This document shows positions 6,853 through 15,470 of a stretch of 24,208 nucleotides of DNA, one piece after another. Both the position numbers and the translations under genes were made by a program. The number at the start of each line of letters is the position of its first letter. The stretch's first letter is position 1. The notes under the pieces are model-generated. The model did no database searches. It had not been told where the DNA came from and saw only the letters and a program-made list of their open reading frames with translations. The DNA comes from a virus (Duplodnaviria; Heunggongvirae; Uroviricota; Caudoviricetes): IMG/VR virus record IMGVR_UViG_2529292882_000005, positions 1 to 24,208 of that record, one strand, 5' to 3'.

Positions 6853-8420
6853 ACGGGGAACTGGTGGATCTTCACGGGCAGCCACTGCGGCAGAGTATGG
6901 GGTATTCCGGAGGGGGTACCGGATTTGGCGGGCAGCTTGCGGAATGGCTGCCTGCACCGGAAAGTGCCGACGTGGCGCTCTTACCTTCCATTCAGCTGGG
7001 TAACGCCCGTGCGGATGATCTGGTCCGCAATAACGGTATTGCCGCAAACGCCGTTGAAATTCATAAAGACCATATCGTCGGACACATGTTTCGTCTGAGT
7101 TACCGGCCCAACTGGCGCTGGCTGGGGATGTCGGAAGCCGATTCACATGTCTTTATTGAAGATGTTGAGGCAGCGTGGATGGAATTCTGCGATCCGGTGT
7201 TTGGTTCGATGGATGTGGAGGGGCGTCGCTCGTTTACCGAATTTATTCGTGAAGGGGTGGGCGTTCATACATTTAACGGTGAAATTTTTGTCCAGCCCGT
7301 ATGGGATACGGAATCCACGTCATTATTCCGGACGAAATTCAAGACCATCAGCCCGAAACGTGTCAGTACACCCGGTTATGGTACCGGCGATCGTTTTATG
7401 CGTGCCGGGGTGGAAATCAACCGGTACGGAAAAGCACTGGCCTACCATGTTCAGGAAGATGACTGGCCCGGTTACGGTGTCAGCAACTGGACGCGGATTG
7501 CGGCGACGCTGCCCTCCGGGCGACCGGGAATGATCCATGTGTTTCAGCCGCAGGAGGACGGGCAGACGCGCGGGGCCAACCAGTTTTATTCTGTCATGGA
7601 GCGTCTCAAGATGCTCGACACACTGCAGGCCACGCAACTGCAGTCGGCGGTGGTGCGGGCGATGTATGCCGCGACGATTGAATCCACGCTGGATTCGGAA
7701 AAAGCATTTGAATATATCGCCGGGGTGGGAGATGGCGGTAAAAATCCCCTGAACACCATCATGAAAGGCTACGCGCGTTATTACGCCACCAATACGGTAA
7801 AGCTGGGTGGGGTCCGTATTCCGCATCTTTATCCGGGGGATTCACTGAATCTGCAGACAGCGCAGAATGCAGATAATGGTTTCTCTGAACTGGAAAAGGC
7901 GCTGTTACGTTACATCGCTGCCGGACTGGGGGTGTCCTATGAACAGCTTTCCCGTGATTATTCACAGGTCAGTTATTCCAGTGCCAGGGCATCCGCCAAT
8001 GAGTCGTGGCGGTATTTTATGGGCAAACGAAAATTTGTGGCCAGTCGACTGGCATCACAGATGTTTGCCTGCTGGCTGGAGGAAGCCCTTATTCGCGGTG
8101 TGATCCGCCCGCCGAAATCCCGTTTTTCATTCTGGGAGGCCCGTTCCGGATGGTGTCGTGCCGAGTGGATTGGTGCCGGTCGCATGGCGATTGATGGCCT
8201 TAAGGAAGTGCAGGAAGCGGTGATGCGTATTGAAGGTGGTTTAAGCACGTACGAGAAAGAGCTGGCCCTGATGGGCGATGACTATCAGGAGATTTTCCGT
8301 CAGCAACTGCGTGAAAGCCAGGAGCGACAGGCAGCGGGTCTTCCCCGCCCCATCTGGATAAAGGACACGTTTCAGCAGCAGATCCGACAGACAACGGGAG
8401 AAAAAGGCGATGCGTCGTAA
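6849..8420 (+). CDS. B: portal protein (lambda gpB-like)
   Basis: GTG start overlapping the W stop (GTGA). Long conserved runs versus lambda gpB (ADDLVRNNGIAANA, GQTRGANQFYSVMERLKMLDTLQ, LNLQTAQNADNGFSELEKALLRYIAAGLGVSYEQLSR). Confidence 0.95.
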   Translation: MNGELVDLHGQPLRQSMGYSGGGTGFGGQLAEWLPAPESADVALLPSIQLGNARADDLVRNNGIAANAVEIHKDHIVGHMFRLSYRPNWRWLGMSEADSHVFIEDVEAAWMEFCDPVFGSMDVEGRRSFTEFIREGVGVHTFNGEIFVQPVWDTESTSLFRTKFKTISPKRVSTPGYGTGDRFMRAGVEINRYGKALAYHVQEDDWPGYGVSNWTRIAATLPSGRPGMIHVFQPQEDGQTRGANQFYSVMERLKMLDTLQATQLQSAVVRAMYAATIESTLDSEKAFEYIAGVGDGGKNPLNTIMKGYARYYATNTVKLGGVRIPHLYPGDSLNLQTAQNADNGFSELEKALLRYIAAGLGVSYEQLSRDYSQVSYSSARASANESWRYFMGKRKFVASRLASQMFACWLEEALIRGVIRPPKSRFSFWEARSGWCRAEWIGAGRMAIDGLKEVQEAVMRIEGGLSTYEKELALMGDDYQEIFRQQLRESQERQAAGLPRPIWIKDTFQQQIRQTTGEKGDAS

Positions 8421-10026
8421 TTTATCGCATATTGCCGCCATGGCATTTAATGAGCCGCTTTTACTGGAACCCGCCTATGCGCGGGTTTTCTTTTGCGCGC
8501 TGGGTAAAGAGATAGGGGCCGGCAGCCTTGCCGTTCCTCAGCAGGCTGTTCAGCTTGATGCTGATGGTATGCAACTGGCGGTGACTGACTATATGGCGGG
8601 CGGTCAGCGTCCGGCAAAGAGTTACCAGGTGAAGAATGGCATTGCCATTCTGCCGGTGAGCGGCACGCTGGTGCATAAACTGGGTACCCTGCGGCCTTAC
8701 TCCGGCATGACAGGCTATGACGGTCTGACTGCTCGTCTTCAGATGGCGGTGAATGATCCGGATGTGCGCGGCATTTTGCTGGATATCGACAGCCCGGGCG
8801 GTCAGGCTGCCGGGGCGTTTGACTGTGCTGACATGATTTACCGTCTGCGGGAACAGAAGCCCGTGTGGGCGCTGTGTAATGACATGGCCTGTTCAGCCGC
8901 CATGTTGCTGGCGGCAGCCTGTACCCGTCGGCTGGTCACGCAGACGGCAAAAATTGGTTCGATTGGCGTGATGATGGCGCACACCAGTTATGAGAAACAA
9001 CTGGCACAGGAAGGGGTGGACATCACGCTGATTTACTCCGGGCAGCACAAGGTTGACGGCAACAGTATTCAGGCATTGCCGGCAGGTGTGCGTGCAGATT
9101 TTCAGCGCCGTATTGATGAGGCCCGCCGGATGTTTGTCGACAAGGTGGCGCTTTATACGGGGCTGAGTTCAGAGGCAGTGATGAATACCGAGGCTGCCGT
9201 TTATGACGGTCAGGCAGGCATTGATGCAGGCCTGGCTGATCAACTGATTAATGCTGCAGATGCCGTTGAAGTGATGGTTTCTGCACTGAATGACTCTGTT
9301 ACGAAGGAGAATGCAATGACTGTTAAAAATCTCACCGTTGCTGAAGCGGTGGCCCAGGAAAATCAGCGCGTGATGGGGATCCTGAATTGTCAGGAGGCGA
9401 AAGGGCGCGAGCAACTGGCGCAAATGCTGGCAGGTCAACCTGGAATGACGGTTGAGCAGGCGAAAACGTTGCTGGCTGCTGCGCCGGTTGCCGGTACTGA
9501 CAGCACGGGTGATCAGATTATGGCGCTGCCGGAAGCAAAGGGGCGTGAACAACTGGCACAGATGCTGGCAGGTCAACCGGGGATGACGGTGGCGCAGGCG
9601 AAAGCGTTTCTGGCGGCAGCCCCTGCTGCCGGTGCTGCAGGCGCAGGCGATCAGATTATGGCGTTACCGGAAGCAAAAGGGCGTGAACAACTCGCGCAGG
9701 CGCTGGCTGAACAGCCGGGAATGACCGTTGACCAGGCCAAAACGTTACTGGCGGCGGCACCGGTTGCGGGCTCTGCAAGTGTCGGCGATCAGATTATGGC
9801 GCTGCCGGAGGCGAAAGGGCGCGAACAACTTGCACAGGCACTGACAGAACAGCCAGGAATGACGGTGGCGCAGGCGAAAACGCTGCTGGCAGCCGCGCCG
9901 GCGGCATCGCAACCGTCACAGGAAACACTTTTTGATCGCTTTATGGCACAGCATGCTGCCAGTGCGGTTTCCGGTGGCGGAACTGCCGGGCGCGGGGAGG
10001 AAGACCTGCTGATGAGTATGCCGTAA
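8410..10026 (+). CDS. C: prohead protease / scaffold fusion (lambda gpC-like, S49 ClpP-type), 538 aa, with expanded C-terminal repeat region
   Basis: N-terminal two thirds align with lambda gpC (IAAMAFNEPLLLEPAYARVFFCAL, YSGMTGYDGL, VWALCNDMACSAAMLLAAACTRRLVTQTAKIGSIGVMMAH). The C-terminus carries four tandem 46-aa units related to the lambda Nu3 region. Confidence 0.9.
   Translation: MRRNLSHIAAMAFNEPLLLEPAYARVFFCALGKEIGAGSLAVPQQAVQLDADGMQLAVTDYMAGGQRPAKSYQVKNGIAILPVSGTLVHKLGTLRPYSGMTGYDGLTARLQMAVNDPDVRGILLDIDSPGGQAAGAFDCADMIYRLREQKPVWALCNDMACSAAMLLAAACTRRLVTQTAKIGSIGVMMAHTSYEKQLAQEGVDITLIYSGQHKVDGNSIQALPAGVRADFQRRIDEARRMFVDKVALYTGLSSEAVMNTEAAVYDGQAGIDAGLADQLINAADAVEVMVSALNDSVTKENAMTVKNLTVAEAVAQENQRVMGILNCQEAKGREQLAQMLAGQPGMTVEQAKTLLAAAPVAGTDSTGDQIMALPEAKGREQLAQMLAGQPGMTVAQAKAFLAAAPAAGAAGAGDQIMALPEAKGREQLAQALAEQPGMTVDQAKTLLAAAPVAGSASVGDQIMALPEAKGREQLAQALTEQPGMTVAQAKTLLAAAPAASQPSQETLFDRFMAQHAASAVSGGGTAGRGEEDLLMSMP
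9316..10026 (+). CDS. nu3: putative scaffolding protein (lambda Nu3-like) from an in-frame internal start within gene C
   Basis: In-frame ATG at 9316 preceded by AAGGAGA (9304-9310). The product MTVKNLTVAEAVAQENQRVMGILNCQEAKGRE... parallels lambda Nu3, which is nested in-frame in the 3' part of C. Confidence 0.55.
   Translation: MTVKNLTVAEAVAQENQRVMGILNCQEAKGREQLAQMLAGQPGMTVEQAKTLLAAAPVAGTDSTGDQIMALPEAKGREQLAQMLAGQPGMTVAQAKAFLAAAPAAGAAGAGDQIMALPEAKGREQLAQALAEQPGMTVDQAKTLLAAAPVAGSASVGDQIMALPEAKGREQLAQALTEQPGMTVAQAKTLLAAAPAASQPSQETLFDRFMAQHAASAVSGGGTAGRGEEDLLMSMP
9394..9945 (+). repeat. tandem direct repeat, period 138 nt (46 codons), 4 copies (last one partial/divergent), inside the scaffold-coding part of gene C
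   Basis: Unit starts at 9394, 9532, 9670 and 9808. Each encodes EAKGREQLAQ(M/A)LA(G/E)QPGMTV(E/A/D)QAK(T/A)LLAAAP...GDQIMALP. Copies differ by scattered, mostly silent or conservative changes. Confidence 0.85.
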
Positions 10027-10064
10027 GCGATATCCGGAATTCAGATAAATCAGGAGGCTGAAAA

Positions 10065-10400
10065 ATGATTAAAACCACCACGGAAAAGCGCGCGGATGTG
10101 CACATTTTTGCCGGAAACGATCCGGCGCATACCGCAAAAGCCACCAGTGGTATCAGTGCCGCCATGCCTGCACTGACGCCACTGATGCTGGATGACGCCA
10201 CCGGTAAACTGGTGGCATGGGATGGTCAGAAAGCCGGAACGGCAGTGGGCGTGCTGGCTCTGGCGCTTACCGGGACCGAGTCCATGCTGACGTACTACAA
10301 AAGCGGTACATTTGCCACTGAGTCGCTGGTCTGGCCTGATTCTGTGGATGCGGTGAAAAAAGCCAACGCATTTGTGGGAAGTGCCATCAGCCACGCCTGA
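10065..10400 (+). CDS. D: head decoration protein (lambda gpD-like)
   Basis: 111 aa. NDPAHTAKATSGISAAMPALTPLMLDDATGKLVAWDG...YYKSGTF matches lambda gpD. caggagg SD upstream. Confidence 0.9.
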   Translation: MIKTTTEKRADVHIFAGNDPAHTAKATSGISAAMPALTPLMLDDATGKLVAWDGQKAGTAVGVLALALTGTESMLTYYKSGTFATESLVWPDSVDAVKKANAFVGSAISHA

Positions 10401-10420
10401 TGGTGAAGTGATTGACTGAA

Positions 10421-10455
10421 AAAACGGGTCGCGATGCGGCCCGTTTGTGTTTCTG
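10421..10455 (+). terminator. putative intrinsic terminator or attenuating hairpin between D and E
   Basis: aacgggtcgc-gat-gcggcccgtt stem (one G-U wobble) followed by tgtgtttct (interrupted T tract). Confidence 0.45.
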
Positions 10456-10469
10456 AAGGAAAATAAATT

Positions 10470-11498
10470 ATGGGGTTATTTACCACGCGTCAGTTACTCG
10501 GGTACACCGAGCAGAAAGTGAAATTTCGTGCGCTGTTTCTGGAGCTGTTCTTTCGTCGCACGATCACTTTCCATACTCAGGAAGTCATGCTGGATAAAAT
10601 TACCGGCAAAACACCGGTTGCGGCGTATGTGTCTCCGGTGGTGTCAGGCAAAGTGCTGCGCAGCCGTGGTGGTGAAACCCGCGTGTTACGTCCCGGTTAT
10701 GTAAAACCAAAACACCGCTTTGATTATCAGCAGGCAGTGGAACGTCTTCCGGGGGAAGATCCGTCCCGTCTTAATGACCCGGCCTACCGCCGCCTGCGTA
10801 TTCTGACGGACAACCTGAAACAGGAAGAGCAGGCGATTGTGCAGGTGGAAGAAATGCAGGCGGTCAGTGCCGTTCTGCAGGGTAAATACACCATGAGCGG
10901 CGAGCAGTTTGAGACAGTGGAAGTGGATTTTGGGCGTTCTGCCGCCAATAACATTACGCAGGCTGGCGGACGCGAATGGTCAAAGCAGAATGCTGACACC
11001 TTTGATCCGACGCATGATCTGGATGCGTACTGCGATTTTGCTTCCGGCACCATCAATATCGCGATTATGGACGGCACGGTCTGGCGTATGCTGAACGGTT
11101 TTAAACTGTTCCGTGAAAAACTGGATACCCGCCGTGGCTCCAAATCTGAGCTGGAAACGGCACTGAAAGACCTGGGTTCCGTGGTTTCCTTTAAGGGCTG
11201 GTACGGCGATCTGGCTGTCGTGGTGGCGAAGACAACGTATGTTGACGAAAACGGGGATGAACAGCGTTATCTGCCGGAAGGTACACTGATTCTGGGAAAC
11301 ACTCAGGCGGAGGGCGTCCGTTGCTATGGCGCAATCCAGGATAATCAGGCGCTGAGTGAAGGGATCACCTCTGCGATTCGTTATCCGAAACACTGGGAGG
11401 AAGTGGGGGATCCTGGTTGCGAATATACCATGACGCAGTCTGCGCCGTTGATGGTGCTGCCGGATCCGGATGCGTTTGTGGTGGTTCAGGTGAAATAA
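10470..11498 (+). CDS. E: major capsid protein (lambda gpE-like)
   Basis: 342 aa. YVSPVVSGKVLRSRGG, PGYVKPKH, EEMQAVSAVLQGKYTMSGEQFE, LDTRRGSKSELETALKDLG and TMTQSAPLMVLPDPDAFVVVQV match lambda gpE. Confidence 0.95.
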   Translation: MGLFTTRQLLGYTEQKVKFRALFLELFFRRTITFHTQEVMLDKITGKTPVAAYVSPVVSGKVLRSRGGETRVLRPGYVKPKHRFDYQQAVERLPGEDPSRLNDPAYRRLRILTDNLKQEEQAIVQVEEMQAVSAVLQGKYTMSGEQFETVEVDFGRSAANNITQAGGREWSKQNADTFDPTHDLDAYCDFASGTINIAIMDGTVWRMLNGFKLFREKLDTRRGSKSELETALKDLGSVVSFKGWYGDLAVVVAKTTYVDENGDEQRYLPEGTLILGNTQAEGVRCYGAIQDNQALSEGITSAIRYPKHWEEVGDPGCEYTMTQSAPLMVLPDPDAFVVVQVK

Positions 11499-11501
11499 GA
11501 C

Positions 11502-11530
11502 GGGGCGGGATATACCCGCCTTTTTCTTTA
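11502..11530 (+). terminator. rho-independent terminator after the major capsid gene
   Basis: ggcggg-atata-cccgcc hairpin followed by tttttcttta. Confidence 0.7.
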
Positions 11531-11548
11531 TCGCACGGGAGAGATGTG

Positions 11549-11914
11549 ATGACAAAAGAGCAGATGACGGAACGCCTTCAGGCGCTGGCAGTGATTCTGG
11601 GGCGTGAAGCAGATATTTCAGGTTCAAAAGCCGATCTTGAGCAGCGTCTGGCGGAATGGGAGGAGGAGGCCGCTGGATTCGATGGGGAGGAGACGGGGAA
11701 GGAAGAGGTGGGCAACGATGCATCCGGCGACGGAATGCATTCTGAGCAGGGACTCGCCCGGGTGCGTATGCTGAAAACGGCGCATATGCCAGCCTGTGAT
11801 GCTGTGACGGGAAAAATGTTGATGTTTGCCCGGGCCTTCAGTGTTGTGCTGGTTAATGAAGCCACAGTTCCCGCGTTGCTGGCAGACGGTCTGGCAGAAA
11901 AAATCCGGGAGTGA
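11549..11914 (+). CDS. FI: DNA packaging protein (lambda gpFI-like)
   Basis: ATG at 11549 with gggagag SD. MTKEQMTERLQAL...SKADLEQRLAEWEEE parallels the lambda FI N-terminus (MTKDELIARLRSL...TKEELALRVAELKEE). The track ORF 11417..11914 has an unsupported upstream start. Confidence 0.8.
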   Translation: MTKEQMTERLQALAVILGREADISGSKADLEQRLAEWEEEAAGFDGEETGKEEVGNDASGDGMHSEQGLARVRMLKTAHMPACDAVTGKMLMFARAFSVVLVNEATVPALLADGLAEKIRE

Positions 11915-12318
11915 TGATGTTCAATAATCTGTTCGATCAGGCCATGAGTGATGCGGATGACATCATCCTGGATACGATGGGGACGGAAATCAGCATATAT
12001 CCGGGCGGCACGGAAAGAAAAATCCGTGCCGTTTTTGATGCCCCGGCAGATAACACCGGGATTAACACTGGCAGCGGCGAAATTCGTGATACTGCGCCCG
12101 TGTTATTTACCCGGAGCGCATGGGCCGCCGGTCTGAAAAAATATGACAGGGTCATGATCCACGGCGAACCCTATCAGGTAGTCGATCCCGGCTGGGATGA
12201 GTCAGGCACTGCGGGTCAGGGGGTGATTACCATCACCCTTGCGCGTGGAGAGCCGGGGAGAAATACACCTGCTGCCCCTGTCCGACCGAGTAAACGTTAT
12301 GGCAGTCAGAGAGCATGA
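11914..12318 (+). CDS. FII: head-tail connector / head completion protein (lambda gpFII-like)
   Basis: ATG at 11914 overlapping the FI stop (TGATG). FNNLFDQAMSDADDIILDTMGTEISI...RAVFDAP...GSGEIRDTAPVLFTRS parallels lambda FII. Confidence 0.85.
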   Translation: MMFNNLFDQAMSDADDIILDTMGTEISIYPGGTERKIRAVFDAPADNTGINTGSGEIRDTAPVLFTRSAWAAGLKKYDRVMIHGEPYQVVDPGWDESGTAGQGVITITLARGEPGRNTPAAPVRPSKRYGSQRA

Positions 12319-13021
12319 ACGAAGCAGTGCCCGGCAGCGACGGCTGGCACGAAACCTCGTCGTCGATATTGATGAAGATGAGGTGCTGAAAATTATCGCT
12401 AAACTGGGTGGGTCAAAAAGTCAGATCCGTAAAGCCTGGGGCGTGGCGCTGAAAAGAGCCGCGTCTGCACTGCGGATGAAGGCTATGGTAGAGTTTAAAA
12501 AACAGGTTGCCCCACGCAGTCAGAAAATGATCAAAAAGCGTGTTCTGCATAATTTTATCATTCGTCGTAACGGTGATGAGTTTGATGAGGCGAAGGTATG
12601 GTTCGGTCTGAACGCCATCAAAGTACGCGATCTGCGCGGACGCATCAGTGGGGGACGATGCGGCGAACGCCATCAGTTGCGCGATGAGCGGGGGCGTTTT
12701 GCACCAGCTTCTCACCGCAGGAAGGCACGGGAGATCCGTTTTAAACCTGCCGGGGAATCCCTGCCTGTCAGCACCTGGTCAACGGATGATGCCTTTATCA
12801 ACCAGTTCGAAGCGGAAAATCGTAACGGACGTATATCAAAAAGGAAAACGATACTGATCCGACAGACATCCGGACGACGGAGGGTGCGTGAAGCGGAAAT
12901 TGATATTTATGAAGCCATGCTGAACCGTATAGAGGATTTTGTTTTTCCGGATGCGGAAGTACTGATCCTGAAAAATTTTGAGCATGAACTGAAATTCCGG
13001 GTATTTAAGGGGCTGGAGTGA
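12299..13021 (+). CDS. hypothetical basic protein (about 240 aa), putative tail completion protein at the head-tail module junction (tentatively lambda gpZ-like)
   Basis: Uninterrupted frame. ATG at 12299 overlaps the FII 3' end. Arg/Lys-rich. Occupies the position of Z in lambda gene order (FII-Z-U). Family assignment is tentative (composition and position only); the start codon is uncertain. Confidence 0.5.
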   Translation: MAVREHERSSARQRRLARNLVVDIDEDEVLKIIAKLGGSKSQIRKAWGVALKRAASALRMKAMVEFKKQVAPRSQKMIKKRVLHNFIIRRNGDEFDEAKVWFGLNAIKVRDLRGRISGGRCGERHQLRDERGRFAPASHRRKAREIRFKPAGESLPVSTWSTDDAFINQFEAENRNGRISKRKTILIRQTSGRRRVREAEIDIYEAMLNRIEDFVFPDAEVLILKNFEHELKFRVFKGLE

Positions 13022-13584
13022 TGGAGCCATTGATGATGGGCGCCTGGCATCAGGCGGTGATTGACAGTCTGAAACAAATTCCCTGGGTGGAAGATGCCGA
13101 TGAGTACCCGGAAAAAGTGACGCAACTGGTGACGCCTGCTGTGTTTGTGGATGTACCGGGCTGGGACAAGGCTCATTTTGCCGACGGGCAAACGCGGGTC
13201 ACGCTGAAATGTGATCTGTTTGTGGTGACAGACCGGGCCGGGAAGACGGAAAACGTGCCAAAACCGCAGATTTTTGCCCGTTGTCTCGCGATGGATTTAT
13301 CTGACTGGATTGAGGGAGCCACGTTCGGGCTGGATAACGTTGATCCGGCGGTTTTTATCGATGCTGAGGTGGATACCTTCGACCGGCTGCTGGACGACTA
13401 CATCGTTTTCCGTGTCTCTTTTGAACAGGACATTCCGGTCGGCGAAGATCCGTTTGCGGTTCCGGCAGGTGCGCCGTTACAGGAAGTCTGGCTGGGTAAA
13501 GTACCGGAAACCGGCAAGAGACATGAGCAGGATTATCGTCTTATCTGGAAATCGGAGGGCACCGGTGATGAGTCTGGCGGATGA
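13021..13584 (+). CDS. hypothetical protein (about 187 aa), putative tail terminator / tail completion protein
   Basis: ATG at 13021 overlapping the upstream stop (TGATG); the track start is GTG at 13018. Acidic protein lying between the lambda-type head-completion genes and baseplate gene V. Function inferred from position only. Confidence 0.5.
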   Translation: MEPLMMGAWHQAVIDSLKQIPWVEDADEYPEKVTQLVTPAVFVDVPGWDKAHFADGQTRVTLKCDLFVVTDRAGKTENVPKPQIFARCLAMDLSDWIEGATFGLDNVDPAVFIDAEVDTFDRLLDDYIVFRVSFEQDIPVGEDPFAVPAGAPLQEVWLGKVPETGKRHEQDYRLIWKSEGTGDESGG

Positions 13585-14191
13585 AGTGGCAGAGTTACGC
13601 CGCAGGGTGGCGGACATGGTCCGTCGCGGCGTGGTGGACGAGGTGATCCCGGGTAGCCCGGTGATGGTTCGGGTGGATATCGGGGATGTGCTTTCGCCTC
13701 CGTTGCCCTGGATTCAGGTACAGTCCGGGCGCTACATGCAGGTCAGTAATTATCCGTCCCCCGGAGATGCCGTTACAGTGATATCGGAGGCGGGCGATCT
13801 GCGTAACGGTCGGGTGTATCCGGGGCCCAATATTGACGCCATTCCTGTCCCTGAGGGCAGTGAATACGAACATGTTATTTTGTTTGATACCGGAACGGAA
13901 ATCCGTTACGACCGTCAGGCTAATGTCCTGTCCATCACGCTGGCTGAAGGCGGCAGCTATAAAATTACAGGCAGGGGAACCCTGGACGGTCCGGTAGAAA
14001 TCACAGATACCCTGACCGTACAGGGTAAAGCAACCATGAATGCTGAGGCGGTGGTTAAGGCGGATCTGATGGTCGGTGGTGAGGTTTCTGATTATCACGG
14101 AACGATGAGTCAAATCAGAATTGTCTATAACGGTCACAATCACCGGGGCGACAGTGGTGGCAGCACCGGACAGCCTGGTCAGCAAATGTAA
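13568..14191 (+). CDS. baseplate assembly / spike protein (P2 gpV-like)
   Basis: ATG at 13568 (MSLADEVAELRRRVADMVRRG...). The C-terminal HNHRGDSGGSTGQP resembles the P2 gpV C-terminus (HKHPGDSGGTTGSP). The track ORF 13274..14191 has a spurious upstream extension. Confidence 0.85.
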   Translation: MSLADEVAELRRRVADMVRRGVVDEVIPGSPVMVRVDIGDVLSPPLPWIQVQSGRYMQVSNYPSPGDAVTVISEAGDLRNGRVYPGPNIDAIPVPEGSEYEHVILFDTGTEIRYDRQANVLSITLAEGGSYKITGRGTLDGPVEITDTLTVQGKATMNAEAVVKADLMVGGEVSDYHGTMSQIRIVYNGHNHRGDSGGSTGQPGQQM

Positions 14192-14224
14192 TCCCCTTTC
14201 AGTTCTTTTTCCGGAATAAACAAC

Positions 14225-14581
14225 ATGATTGGTATTGATTCAGCCACCGGCAGATATCTGCACGGTAACGAACATCTGCGCCAGTCCGTCACTGATATTT
14301 TGTCAACACCGGTCGGCAGCCGGGTCCTGCTCAGGGAATACGGCAGCAGACTTTTCAGTCTGCTTGATAACCCACAGGATGATTTCACGCGGGTGAGAAT
14401 TGTCCGTGAAACGGTAACCGCCCTTGAACGCTGGGAACCCCGTCTGACTCTCCGGCGGGTGGAAGTGACGTGGACAGGAGAAGGAAGTGCGTGGCTGACG
14501 CTTGTCGGGGTGAATAACGAAACTCAGGACACGATTCGACTCGAGGAGATAAAAATTGGCAACGTCTCAGGCAATTATTGA
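14225..14581 (+). CDS. baseplate protein (P2 gpW / gp25-like)
   Basis: 118 aa. ILSTPVGSRVLLREYGSRLFSLLDNPQD...ALERWEPRLTLRRVEV matches the GPW/gp25 family. Confidence 0.85.
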   Translation: MIGIDSATGRYLHGNEHLRQSVTDILSTPVGSRVLLREYGSRLFSLLDNPQDDFTRVRIVRETVTALERWEPRLTLRRVEVTWTGEGSAWLTLVGVNNETQDTIRLEEIKIGNVSGNY

Positions 14582-15470
14582 TCTGTCCGCGATACCAGTA
14601 CCGGATGCGGTGGAGGTGCCGGACACCGCTGTGCTGGTCACTCAGATAGTGGCGAAGTATCAGGAGCTGGATACGTTGTTTTCGGCTCTGGTGGAATCTG
14701 ATCCCGCGTATAAATGGGCAGAGGCGCTGGCTTATCGGGTGGCGCTGATGCGCCAGCAGATAAATGATGCTGTCCGTGCTGTACTGCTTGCCAGTGCCGG
14801 TGGGAACGATCTGGATCAGGTTGGCGCGAATTATCAGGTTCAGCGGCTGGTTATTACCCCGGCAGACGACAGCACCATTCCGCCCACGCCGGCGGTGTAT
14901 GAAGATGATGACGCTTTTCGCGAACGTATCCAGTTGTCATGGGCACGGCTCAGCACCGCCGGCGCGAAAAATGCGTATCACTATTTTGCACAAAGTGCTG
15001 ATCCTGATGTGCTGGATGTGAAGGCTTACGGACCGGAAACACATTCGCAGGAAGGCCGGGTTTTTCTTTATGTGTTATCCCGCTCCGGAAATGGCACTGC
15101 ATCACAACCCCTGCTGGATAAGGTGGCAGCATCAGTCTGTGATGATGAAACCCGTCCCCTGACGGATTTTGTCAGTGTCCGGACGGCAGAAATTATTCCC
15201 TACGATGTGGTGGCGGATATTCATATTCCCTACGGACTGGATGGTGAACTGGTTATGGCAAATGCCCGCAAGGCGCTGCAGTCATACACTGACAGCGTCC
15301 ACCGGATTGGCTCGGTGGCATCCCGTTCTGGCATGGATGGTGCCCTTCACCAGACCGGGGTGATTACGGTGAATCTGACCTCTCCGGGCAGTGATATCGT
15401 TCCTGCGATGGGGCAGGCACCGTGGTGCCGTAAGATAACGCTGAATAAGGTGGAGACAACTGATGAATGA
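14556..15470 (+). CDS. baseplate protein (P2 gpJ-like)
   Basis: AIIDLSAIPVPDAVEV..., AVRAVLLASAGGNDLDQVGANYQVQRLVITPADDSTIPPTPAV closely match P2 gpJ. Non-ATG start (TTG at 14556) overlapping the gpW-like 3' end; exact start uncertain. Confidence 0.85.
   Translation: MATSQAIIDLSAIPVPDAVEVPDTAVLVTQIVAKYQELDTLFSALVESDPAYKWAEALAYRVALMRQQINDAVRAVLLASAGGNDLDQVGANYQVQRLVITPADDSTIPPTPAVYEDDDAFRERIQLSWARLSTAGAKNAYHYFAQSADPDVLDVKAYGPETHSQEGRVFLYVLSRSGNGTASQPLLDKVAASVCDDETRPLTDFVSVRTAEIIPYDVVADIHIPYGLDGELVMANARKALQSYTDSVHRIGSVASRSGMDGALHQTGVITVNLTSPGSDIVPAMGQAPWCRKITLNKVETTDE

Noticed and set aside
10980-11723. 247-aa minus-strand ORF spanning the E / FI region
   Set aside because: Overlaps two conserved plus-strand genes and an intergenic terminator; Pro/Arg-rich antisense artefact.
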